A DNA stretch of 55,128 nt, taken from IMG/VR virus record IMGVR_UViG_3300034126_000032, positions 1 through 55,128 of that record; one strand, 5' to 3'. Each line of letters starts with the position of its first letter. The first letter of the stretch is position 1. The DNA comes from a virus (taxonomy: Duplodnaviria; Caudoviricetes). Made by a program: the position numbers and the translations under genes. Positions 18,968 through 26,590 of the stretch are shown one piece after another. Under the pieces are notes generated by a model, which did no database searches, had not been told where the DNA came from, and saw only the letters and a list, made by a program, of their open reading frames with translations.

Positions 18968-19237
18968 GTGGGGTTGGTGCCGGGTTCAGATTTGGCCGGG
19001 GTGATCACGGCTTCTGCTGCGGTGCTCACCGCCCTGGCGTTGGTGATCACCTCCGTGGCGACACTGGTCGCGACTCGGCGTGCCGGCCGGAAACTCGACG
19101 TCGTCCACACGCTGGTCAACTCGCAGCACACTGACCTGGTGAAGTATCAGGATGATCTGGTGAAGGCTCTACAGTCGGCGGATGTGAAGGTTCCGCAGGA
19201 CCAGTCGATCGTGGCGTCTGAACGGCCTGCCCCTTGA
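18968..19237 (+). CDS. Membrane protein, putative holin
   Basis: N-terminal TM, VHTLVNS motif, end of tail operon. Confidence 0.5.
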   Translation: MGLVPGSDLAGVITASAAVLTALALVITSVATLVATRRAGRKLDVVHTLVNSQHTDLVKYQDDLVKALQSADVKVPQDQSIVASERPAP

Positions 19238-19278
19238 ACACGGTCGGGCATCGACTGGATTACAGTGCAAACTCGGGC

Positions 19279-19307
19279 TTGCGTCTGAGAAGTCGCGCCT
19301 GTATGGT
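19279..19307 (+). promoter_or_regulatory. Sigma70-type promoter of secreted-protein moron
   Basis: TTGCGT-17nt(GCCTG)-TATGGT. Confidence 0.55.
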
Positions 19308-19349
19308 TCCGGGTGTTCGCGAACACACCACCAACTGAAAGGTTCGGAA

Positions 19350-19943
19350 ATGAAGCTTGGTTACAGAGTCGGAACTGTGGTTGCTGGGGCGGCTGCCGTA
19401 GCGGGTATGGCTGCGATGGCGTCGCCGGCGTCTGCTCAGGTCGCCCCGGCCCTGCCGGTGGCCCCTGTTCAGGCGGTTGCCCCGGTCCAGCCCGCGGTCC
19501 CCAACCCGGTGGTCCTGCCCGGACAGCCGCAGGTCCCCGGCCAGGTGGGTCTCCCCGGCCAGCCGGTCCGCCCGTGGCAGCCCAACCAGTGGCTGCAGGG
19601 CCCGCAGGTCAACCGTTGGCTCCCCCAGGTCGACGCCGGCCGCACCGAACGGGTCGCTGTCCGCCTGACCGGCGTGGACCGCCGGGTGTGCAACGTGAAG
19701 GTGTACGTCCGTGACACCAACCGGGTGGACGTGTCGTACCCGGGTTTCCGGAATTACGCGTCGCTGTCCAACGGATCCACCCTGGTCCGCGGTGAGCGTG
19801 ACAGTGCCACGGTCCTGGTCCGGGCGACGGCCCGCCGGGACTTCACCGAGCATCTCGACGCGACGGTGGCGTACGACGGTTGTGGTTGGAACGCGCGGAC
19901 CCAGTACGAGCGGGTCAGCCTGTTCCTGCCGGTCAACCGCTGA
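19350..19943 (+). CDS. Secreted protein (signal peptide, Pro/Gln-rich linker, Ig-like C-domain)
   Basis: Basic N-terminus, hydrophobic core, ASA cleavage site; GAAAGG RBS. Confidence 0.7.
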   Translation: MKLGYRVGTVVAGAAAVAGMAAMASPASAQVAPALPVAPVQAVAPVQPAVPNPVVLPGQPQVPGQVGLPGQPVRPWQPNQWLQGPQVNRWLPQVDAGRTERVAVRLTGVDRRVCNVKVYVRDTNRVDVSYPGFRNYASLSNGSTLVRGERDSATVLVRATARRDFTEHLDATVAYDGCGWNARTQYERVSLFLPVNR

Positions 19944-19982
19944 CCTGCCAGTAGGCGGGCAGGCAGTAGTAGGTAGGTGATG

Positions 19983-20025
19983 GGGACACGCGTGGCCGGT
20001 TGCCTCTACCGGCCACGCGTGTCCC
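19983..20025 (+). terminator. Long hairpin terminator
   Basis: Perfect 18-bp inverted repeat GGGACACGCGTGGCCGGT/ACCGGCCACGCGTGTCCC. Confidence 0.75.
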
Positions 20026-20072
20026 TGTTCTGAGGCTTGCCCGCCGGGAAGGCAAGCCTGTATAGTTGTGTC

Positions 20073-20342
20073 ATGGCGATGGAAGTGGGAACCGTGCTTG
20101 ACCAGGTGGTGGTGGAGGATGTCCCGGACCGATTCGTGGGTTACGGGCCGGCTGCCAAATACCTAGGGTTGAGACGGAACACCCTCTCGTCGTATGTGGC
20201 CCGGGGTATCGGTCCGAGGTGTGAACCTCTGCCGCAGGCAGCCGGCCAGTACAACCTTCCGGTGTTCACACGTGCCGAGTTGGATATGTGGCAGGAGGCC
20301 CGGCCGGGGCAGGGTGCGCGAACAGACCTGGCGTTAGCTTGA
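20073..20342 (+). CDS. AlpA/excisionase-like HTH DNA-binding protein (leaderless)
   Basis: AAKYLGLRRNTLSSYVARGIGP...WQEARPGQGARTDL; TATAGT -10 six nt upstream of ATG. Confidence 0.7.
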   Translation: MAMEVGTVLDQVVVEDVPDRFVGYGPAAKYLGLRRNTLSSYVARGIGPRCEPLPQAAGQYNLPVFTRAELDMWQEARPGQGARTDLALA

Positions 20343-20356
20343 GGGAGAGCCTAGTG

Positions 20357-20545
20357 ATGTCGGACCTGGCCGGATGGTGTAAGAGCAGCTTCTGCGGCAA
20401 CTCCGCGTGTGTTGAGGTGGCCAAGGTTGGTGACGAGTTCCTTGTGCGTGACTCTAAGTATCCTGATGGTCTTGTGTTGACGTTCACTCGGGATGAGTGG
20501 GCGGCGTTTGTTGCGGGTGTGAAGGCTGGCGAGTTTCCGGCCTGA
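20357..20545 (+). CDS. DUF397 domain protein
   Basis: WCKSSFC..ACVEVA...VRDSK.P...LTFTRDEWAAFVAGVKAGEF. Confidence 0.9.
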   Translation: MSDLAGWCKSSFCGNSACVEVAKVGDEFLVRDSKYPDGLVLTFTRDEWAAFVAGVKAGEFPA

Positions 20546-20586
20546 GTTGGTTGTGAGGGCGCTCTTTTTGGTGGGCGCGAAAGTGT

Positions 20587-20611
20587 GGGGCCCTTTCGGG
20601 GGCCCCGTTTC
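20587..20611 (+). terminator. Hairpin terminator
   Basis: GGGGCCC-TTTCGG-GGGCCCC followed by GTTTC. Confidence 0.6.
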
Positions 20612-20720
20612 TGTCAGAAGTTCTGTGGATCACATCACAGTTGCGGCTACGATGTTGCCGACCGGCCGGCAAACGTGTAGGCATGACTGTGAAGTAACCG
20701 ACCACCCAAGGAGACACCCC

Positions 20721-20825
20721 ATGAGAACCCGAAGCGACACGTTCTTCGCCCTCGTCGAACACGCCTGCGACGCCTACGTCATCATGCTCGCCCTGCTCGT
20801 GTTCGTCGTCCTCATCAACCGATAG
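20721..20825 (+). CDS. Small membrane peptide (34 aa)
   Basis: AAGGAG RBS; LVEHACDA + TM. Confidence 0.55.
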   Translation: MRTRSDTFFALVEHACDAYVIMLALLVFVVLINR

Positions 20826-20853
20826 CAACACCCACCACCAGGGGAGACCCAAC

Positions 20854-20943
20854 GTGAAAACCACATGCCTCACACTCGTCGAATACACGTGCGACGCCCT
20901 CCTCGCCCTATTCGTCCTCGTAGTCGTCGTGAGCTCGCTGTGA
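20854..20943 (+). CDS. Small membrane peptide (29 aa), paralogue of previous
   Basis: GGGGAG RBS; LVEYTCDA + TM; GTGA overlap with next gene. Confidence 0.55.
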   Translation: MKTTCLTLVEYTCDALLALFVLVVVVSSL

Positions 20944-21263
20944 ACGACGAAACCCGCAAGATCGCACTGGACCGGGAAGCCGTCATCGACCTCATGGACG
21001 GCAAACCCACCACCCTGCACGCCGGCATCGAGCGGTACCGGATCGAGGTGGCGGGTCGTGACGAGTTGCAGTCACGAGATCGGATCCTGGCCGAGCTGGG
21101 GATGCTGCTGGCGTACCCATGGCCCGGCGAACACCCAGACCTGCGCGCGAGCATTGAGGCGTATGAGGATGAGCTAGCCACCGCGGTGGCCCTGGCCCCC
21201 GGCGACTGTGAGGCCCGTGCCATGGCCGAGGTCGTGGACCGGCTCTTCACCCTGCTCCGCTGA
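20940..21263 (+). CDS. Hypothetical protein
   Basis: Coupled start/stop, high GC3. Confidence 0.6.
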   Translation: MNDETRKIALDREAVIDLMDGKPTTLHAGIERYRIEVAGRDELQSRDRILAELGMLLAYPWPGEHPDLRASIEAYEDELATAVALAPGDCEARAMAEVVDRLFTLLR

Positions 21264-21448
21264 TGAGCCAGGAACAGGCCACCAACCGGTGGCTCATGTG
21301 GATGCTGATCTCGGCGATGTTCCTACGTAACGGGTTCCGGGATGAGATCAGCGATGGGTGGATGACGGCCAGCTCCGTCGTGTTCCTGGTGGCTGTATGT
21401 GGCATCTTCGTCCATCAGGTTCTTGCGGATGGCAGGAATCGGGTCTGA
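21263..21448 (+). CDS. Small two-TM membrane protein
   Basis: TGATG overlaps, hydrophobic. Confidence 0.55.
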   Translation: MSQEQATNRWLMWMLISAMFLRNGFRDEISDGWMTASSVVFLVAVCGIFVHQVLADGRNRV

Positions 21449-21651
21449 TGGCCGGCGAGATCGTCCAGACCGCGTACGTCGGCCGCACGCACCGCCCGTG
21501 CGGGGCGTGCCGCGAGCTGGTGTGGATTCCTGAGGGGTGCCCGCATTTTCATGCTGGCCGGGTTTCTAAGACGAGGCAGCAGAGGAATGATGCTGCCCGG
21601 AAACAGTCGCGGCGGGATGTTGCCGCGTTCCAAGCAATGATCTACTTCTGA
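21448..21651 (+). CDS. Small Zn-finger-like hypothetical protein
   Basis: CGAC...CPH; TGATG overlap. Confidence 0.5.
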   Translation: MAGEIVQTAYVGRTHRPCGACRELVWIPEGCPHFHAGRVSKTRQQRNDAARKQSRRDVAAFQAMIYF

Positions 21652-21675
21652 CTATGTGGAAGGCGTACATCTCAA

Positions 21676-21921
21676 GTGAGTTGCGTCCATTTGACTCGTT
21701 GTTTCGATTGTGAAGAGCATGGTTCTGGTTTTAACGTGTCCGGCCCTGATGGGGTTCTGACGTATGACGGTGGTCATCTGCACGTGGCTGGTGATCTACC
21801 GGCGTGGTCGGTTGCGTCTGGGTTCACCTCGTCGGCGCAGGCTGCTTTGCAGCATGGTGGTGACACGGAGTTGTGGGCGTTCTTGGAGTTCCACTACCTG
21901 GACATGTTGGCTGACGCCTGA
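21676..21921 (+). CDS. Hypothetical protein
   Basis: ORF with GGAAGG upstream. Confidence 0.45.
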   Translation: MSCVHLTRCFDCEEHGSGFNVSGPDGVLTYDGGHLHVAGDLPAWSVASGFTSSAQAALQHGGDTELWAFLEFHYLDMLADA

Positions 21922-21944
21922 CCGGCAAGTTGAAAGGAGCTGCT

Positions 21945-22184
21945 GTGAAGTTTCGTGTTCTGCTGAAGTCGACTGTCACCACCTGGGTCGACGTGGAGGT
22001 AAACCCTGTTCCGGGTGCGAGTGAGGATGACCTACGGGAATGGGCTGCTAACGACGCGCTTGGCTTCGGGGCTGAAGATTTCGCTTGCCGGCTTGACGCT
22101 GCCGGGTTTGAGCATGACCCGGTCGAATTGGCCTATGAGGAACTCGATGAGAGCGTGCAGCGTTTCGTGCCGCTTGAGGATTGA
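21945..22184 (+). CDS. Acidic hypothetical protein
   Basis: GAAAGGAG RBS before GTG. Confidence 0.6.
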   Translation: MKFRVLLKSTVTTWVDVEVNPVPGASEDDLREWAANDALGFGAEDFACRLDAAGFEHDPVELAYEELDESVQRFVPLED

Positions 22185-22252
22185 CCGTTTCTTTGCAGGC
22201 GTCCCTGTCGTTGGACACACCAGACATACCAACAGACGACAGGAGCGGCCCG

Positions 22253-22570
22253 ATGCGAATCCAAACCACCATCACCGACATGAGCGGCGACCAATGGGTC
22301 GTAGCCCAGGGGATCCTAACCGCCGAGTACGACATCCCCGCAGATGCGACCCGGGTTTGTCTCACCCTGGACCATGAGGGGGAGGACCGGCATGTGGGGA
22401 TCCCGTTGGGTGCGTACATCGGTTTGCTCGGTGCCCTGGGTATGGACAGTCTGACCCGAGGGTTGTTGACTGCGATGGCTGTGTTGACCCCGGATGCGTT
22501 TCCTGGTGAGTTGAGCCCGGATGTGTTCTCGGAGGATGTTGCCGGGGCTTCCACCCTTGATGCCATGTGA
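22253..22570 (+). CDS. Hypothetical protein
   Basis: AGGAG RBS before ATG. Confidence 0.6.
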   Translation: MRIQTTITDMSGDQWVVAQGILTAEYDIPADATRVCLTLDHEGEDRHVGIPLGAYIGLLGALGMDSLTRGLLTAMAVLTPDAFPGELSPDVFSEDVAGASTLDAM

Positions 22571-22737
22571 GTCGTACTGATCCTGCTGCTGCGACCGGGG
22601 ACCGCCCGGTGGGATCGGTGCGTTGCCGGTGCGGGCATCTGAGCCCGTTGCACGTGCTAACCGCTGCCGGCCTGCGCGGGAAATGCAGTGCGTCCACGTG
22701 TGGTTGCAAACGCTTCGAACAGGAGGAGCCGTCGTGA
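22567..22737 (+). CDS. Small Cys/His Zn-binding protein (56 aa, not in ORF track)
   Basis: CRCGH..H...C....CGC pattern; GTGA overlaps at both ends. Confidence 0.6.
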   Translation: MSRTDPAAATGDRPVGSVRCRCGHLSPLHVLTAAGLRGKCSASTCGCKRFEQEEPS

Positions 22738-22982
22738 GTGGGGTGATCAACCCGCCGTATGTGCCGGGCCCGGATGGTGCCCGGAGGGATGTGAAGCCGG
22801 CTGTGTGTGCGGCGTGTGGTGCCCCGCCGAAGCTGGCTGGTGTGCGGGTGCCGTTGCGGGGTTTCCCTGGAGAGTGGTTGTGTGAGGACGCGTGCGCGTG
22901 TACGGCACGGTACCGGCAGGGGACGTCACCGGAGAGTTACGCGGCCGGGTTGCGTGGCGAAATCCTGGGTGTGACCCCGTAG
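22734..22982 (+). CDS. Zn-finger-like hypothetical protein
   Basis: AGGAGG RBS; CAACG...WLC...C. Confidence 0.55.
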   Translation: MSGVINPPYVPGPDGARRDVKPAVCAACGAPPKLAGVRVPLRGFPGEWLCEDACACTARYRQGTSPESYAAGLRGEILGVTP

Positions 22983-23046
22983 GGTTCAGGGGGCTTGGTC
23001 GGTCGGGTGGTCCACGGGAAGATGCCGGCCGGGTCTTGGTGGTGTT

Positions 23047-23092
23047 GGGGTCGGCGGATACCCGAGGTTCCGGGTCCGCCGATCCCTTTGTG
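23047..23092. terminator. Hairpin between convergent operons
   Basis: GGGGTCGGCGGA..CCCG / CGGG.TCCGCCGATCCC followed by TTTGTGTT. Confidence 0.6.
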
Positions 23093-23228
23093 TTATCCCA
23101 CGCCCGGCTGTGCCGTGTACGCCCTGCGCCTATAAGCCGTTTCCCGGGCTCACCCTTGGTTGCCCTGCCACCGGGCGGTGTTCGTTCGCCCACAGCCCGC
23201 ACAGCGGGCGCACGGGGCATCCCAGCAA

Positions 23229-23549
23229 TCACCGAGACCCCCGCCCGTACCGTGGGGGGCGGGGCCTCGCCCCCGACCGAACCCACCCGCGCTCCTCCTC
23301 CGTCAACCCACCCCACACCCCGGTCCGCTGATCCGTCCTAAGCGCAAAATCCAGGCACTCATCGACGAAATCACAAACCTGGCAGTACGCTTTCGCGTCC
23401 TCCACCCGGCCATCGGCCGTGCCCTGCCTGGGGAAGAACAACTCCGGGTCAGCGTCAGCGCATGCCACTTGCCCGTCGTCGGCGAATACTGGCCGGGCGT
23501 ACGCGGATGGCGGGTCGAGGCCACACCAGTTCACCCGCTCCCTGCTCAC
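23229..23549 (-). CDS. whiB: WhiB family transcriptional regulator
   Basis: Four Cys (AC..DPELFFP, AKAYCQVC..VDEC) and GVWGGLTEEER. Confidence 0.95.
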   Translation of the reverse strand: MSRERVNWCGLDPPSAYARPVFADDGQVACADADPELFFPRQGTADGRVEDAKAYCQVCDFVDECLDFALRTDQRTGVWGGLTEEERGWVRSGARPRPPRYGRGSR

Positions 23550-23869
23550 CGGGTGCCCTTTGGGATCAGGGCCAGGTCGAAACCCAGGGCGCCGGCAACC
23601 TGGAGCAGGGTTAATACGTCCATGCGGTGCCGACTGCGCAGGTTCTCGGACAGCGTGGTCGGGGCGCAGTCGGTGTGCTCAGCGAGTCGGCTCAGGGAGA
23701 TTCCTTGGCATTCGCGGGATGCGGCGAGAGTGGCGATGGTGTGGTCGTAGTCGCGCAGCCGGTACCCGCTGAACCGCTTACGACCGGGGCTGGCCCACAC
23801 TTCGTGGTCGCACGTTTCGCAAACCGCGATCAGGTTCCGGCTACCGCATAACGGGCAACATTCAATCAT
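23546..23869 (-). CDS. XRE-type HTH protein with N-terminal Zn ribbon
   Basis: CPLCG...CETC; GISLSRLAEHTDCAPTTLSE. Confidence 0.7.
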   Translation of the reverse strand: MIECCPLCGSRNLIAVCETCDHEVWASPGRKRFSGYRLRDYDHTIATLAASRECQGISLSRLAEHTDCAPTTLSENLRSRHRMDVLTLLQVAGALGFDLALIPKGTR

Positions 23870-24168
23870 CGGGGTTCCCTCGGGATGAGTGCCAGGTTGA
23901 AACCCAGGGCCCGGACTTCGGCGCGGACTTCGGCAACTACGTATTCAGCCAAGGCGACTCGGTCACCGAACAGCACCCCGACGCTGACACCCAAAACCTC
24001 GGCGAAAGCGGCCAGCCTCGCCACCGACGGCGTGACCTGGCCGAGCTCGGCCTGACTGACCGCAGCGGTTGAACACCCCAGCCTCCCGGCGAGCTGTTCC
24101 TGGTTGAGGCCGGCGTCCTTGCGGACTTGGCGCAGGGTTCGGCCGAACTGGGCCTGATCGAAACTCAC
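23866..24168 (-). CDS. XRE-family HTH regulator (repressor/Cro-like)
   Basis: FGRTLRQVRKDAGLNQEQLAGRLGCSTAAVSQAELG; GGAGG RBS before GTG 24168. Confidence 0.85.
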   Translation of the reverse strand: MSFDQAQFGRTLRQVRKDAGLNQEQLAGRLGCSTAAVSQAELGQVTPSVARLAAFAEVLGVSVGVLFGDRVALAEYVVAEVRAEVRALGFNLALIPREPR

Positions 24169-24533
24169 GGGGTCCTCCGGTCTGGGGTCAGGGCGCCGGC
24201 ACGGACGGCCCGCCGGTATGCCGCCGTAACCGCATCCCTGGACATGTGCAACCGTTCGCCGATCTGCCGGCGGGTGTACCCCTCCGAACGCAACAGCTCG
24301 TAGTCGGCGACGAAATCCTCCCGGGACCGGCTGACCCGTTCGAGGGGGTGTTCGTTGTGGCGGCCGGCGTTGTACGCGGTTGCGTAGCAGGCCCGGCAGA
24401 GGCCGCGGGCGTCTAATGGCCGGTCGGGGTGGCATCGGGCGGGTCTGGCCCGGACCACCACCAGGCGGGGGACGGCTAACAGCCGGCGGGCTGCAGCCTC
24501 AAACTCGGTGACCCTGTCACGCAAGTCGATCAT
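24165..24533 (-). CDS. Zn-finger + HTH DNA-binding protein
   Basis: CHPDR...RGLCRACY; GYTRRQIGERLHMS. Confidence 0.65.
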   Translation of the reverse strand: MIDLRDRVTEFEAAARRLLAVPRLVVVRARPARCHPDRPLDARGLCRACYATAYNAGRHNEHPLERVSRSREDFVADYELLRSEGYTRRQIGERLHMSRDAVTAAYRRAVRAGALTPDRRTP

Positions 24534-25402
24534 GGTTGATCCTGTTCGTCGGTGCGGGTTTCGGGTCCGGCACTTTGCGCGCCGGACTTTTGGTGGCGGT
24601 CGAGGATCCCAGCGGCCCGGGCGTTGAGCTTTTCTGCGGCGTTACGCCGGTCAAGGTCGCCTCGGATTCGGTCGCGGCGGGCCCGGTCGGCTGTCTGATC
24701 CGCGCGGGCGTGCGGGAGTGGGTCAAGGTTCGGGCTAGGGCGTGCGGTGAGCGCCTCGGAGAGTGAGTTTCGCTCGCCGGTCCCAGAACCCGACGCAGTC
24801 GGGGGCTGGGGTCGTAGGGGGTCTGGGGGCGGCGCGCCCCCAGTGGGTGGTTCCTCTGGTGGTTCCTCTGGTGGTTCATGGGTGGTTTGGGGGGCGTCAG
24901 GGGCGTTACGTGTGCCGTTGAAAGGCGTTACGTAACGCCCTTCAACGGCGTTACTAACGCCTTTCAACGGCGTTACGTCGATCTTGGTCGGAACATCAAC
25001 TTCGATGGGACGGGCACCCTTGACACGATCCCTGAACCGCTGCTGCCGATCCGCGTTGGCCTTACGCTTACGCTCCGCCCGATCATCAGTAGGCGAACTG
25101 TCGGTATCAGACTGCTTCCGTGTCATGTCCAGGTGCCACAACACCGTCCCTAGGCGTGAGACACCACCCCGGACGAGCAACCCGGCCTCCTCCAACCGTT
25201 GATCAGCGTGCCGAACAGTCCGCTCGGCGTAGCCCGTCGACCGGGCTACATCGTTACGCCCAGCGAAGGTGTTACGGCCATCCTTGTCGGCGCGTTCGGC
25301 CCGAGCGACCAGCACGAAACGTGCGGCGACGTCAGGCTCACCAGAAGGAGTCCGGAGCATCGGGGCTTCATGGAGCGCCCACTGCACGGCCTCGTAGCTC
25401 AT
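24530..25402 (-). CDS. Replication initiator / replisome organizer (N-terminal wHTH, lambda O-like layout)
   Basis: MSYEAVQWAL, ADKDG, ARSTGYAERTVR..LEEAGLL, ADRQQRFR; internal iterons. Confidence 0.75.
   Translation of the reverse strand: MSYEAVQWALHEAPMLRTPSGEPDVAARFVLVARAERADKDGRNTFAGRNDVARSTGYAERTVRHADQRLEEAGLLVRGGVSRLGTVLWHLDMTRKQSDTDSSPTDDRAERKRKANADRQQRFRDRVKGARPIEVDVPTKIDVTPLKGVSNAVEGRYVTPFNGTRNAPDAPQTTHEPPEEPPEEPPTGGAPPPDPLRPQPPTASGSGTGERNSLSEALTARPSPNLDPLPHARADQTADRARRDRIRGDLDRRNAAEKLNARAAGILDRHQKSGAQSAGPETRTDEQDQP
24902..24977. repeat. Iteron-like repeats / putative replication origin in Rep gene
   Basis: 36-bp near-perfect palindrome 24914-24949; 22-bp tandem TAACGCCYTTCAACGGCGTTAC at 24933 and 24955. 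Confidence 0.7.
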
Positions 25403-25498
25403 CTAGGCGTTACCGGCTGGGCGTGTAACGCAGTCTGAGTGCGTTACGCAGAACACGGCGTGCCATGCGCGTAGGGCGGGATATGGGTGTGGGACCAT
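25403..25498 (-). CDS. Leader peptide (31 aa) abutting Rep start
   Basis: GGAAGGAG RBS, ATGGTCCCA start, TAG immediately followed by Rep ATG. Confidence 0.5.
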   Translation of the reverse strand: MVPHPYPALRAWHAVFCVTHSDCVTRPAGNA

Positions 25499-25633
25499 GG
25501 GAGCTAGGGCTCCTTCCGAGGGATAGTCGGATGGTGACGGGCCGGGTAGGGCGCCTCAGTTCCCCTCCCGGCCCTCCCACTCTTCCACCCCACACCGGTC
25601 ATGATCTAGTGCCGCGCCGAACCCCGACTCCGG

Positions 25634-26590
25634 TCAAAACAAGACCGGTGTTTGCGCCGCAACCTCCGCCTCACCAAGGTTCCGCACAGCAGCCTGCCAG
25701 TACGACGGCTTCAGCTCACACCCAACAAACCGGCGCCCCAACTTCACCGCCACATACCCCTCAGACCCGATCCCAGCGAACGGGGACACCACCAAATCCC
25801 CCGGATTCGACCACAACCTGACACACCGCTCGATCAGGTCCAGCTGCAGCGGGCAGATGTGCCGCTCGTCGGGTTCCTCGCGGGCCATCGCCACGTTCAG
25901 GGTGTTCGACTCGCGGATGTCGTACCAGCACCCGGCAGGCACCACCAGACCCTCTGACAGCATCACCTCGACCTCGGTCGCGTCGTCATGCCCGCGCCAG
26001 ATCGGACGCGCCCACGAGATCCACTCGTCGTTGGTGACGTCCGTTTTGACCTGCTCTGCGATGTCACCAGGAGCCCGGAACAGCAGCATGTAATCAGCCA
26101 ACGCCGGGCGGCTCTTGGCGCTGTCCTTGTTCTTCTGCACGAACATCAACGCCTGCGCCTTCGTGCGGATGGCCTGCGCCTGCGGATCCTTATCAATCGT
26201 CACCTCACCATGGAAGATCCACCCAACGTCCTGGTAAGCGCGGATCACCTGACCCCGGAAATCGGTCAACCCGACGATCCCATGGACGCTTTTGGTGGTG
26301 GTCAACTGCTGCACATGCACAGCGTTCAGCCGGCCCGGGGCGGTGACCCGCAACATCTCCTCGATCACAAACCGGTAATGCTCGAAGAACTCGCCACGGT
26401 CACGGGAATTCCCCAGATCACGCACCGACGGCGAATACGTGTATAAGGAGGCGAAAGGTGGACTGTAAATCGCCAGGCCGGCACTGTCTGACTCTAGTTC
26501 CGCCAGCCGTTCGCAACTGTCGCCGAGCATCAACCGCCAGTTCTCGCCAGCTGCGTCGTCGGTGATGTAGTCACTCACGATGTTCTCCAC
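25634..26590 (-). CDS. DNA N6-adenine/N4-cytosine methyltransferase (beta class)
   Basis: GDSCE, SPPF, HICPLQLD, SPFAGIGSEG, GCELKPSY. Confidence 0.9.
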   Translation of the reverse strand: MENIVSDYITDDAAGENWRLMLGDSCERLAELESDSAGLAIYSPPFASLYTYSPSVRDLGNSRDRGEFFEHYRFVIEEMLRVTAPGRLNAVHVQQLTTTKSVHGIVGLTDFRGQVIRAYQDVGWIFHGEVTIDKDPQAQAIRTKAQALMFVQKNKDSAKSRPALADYMLLFRAPGDIAEQVKTDVTNDEWISWARPIWRGHDDATEVEVMLSEGLVVPAGCWYDIRESNTLNVAMAREEPDERHICPLQLDLIERCVRLWSNPGDLVVSPFAGIGSEGYVAVKLGRRFVGCELKPSYWQAAVRNLGEAEVAAQTPVLF

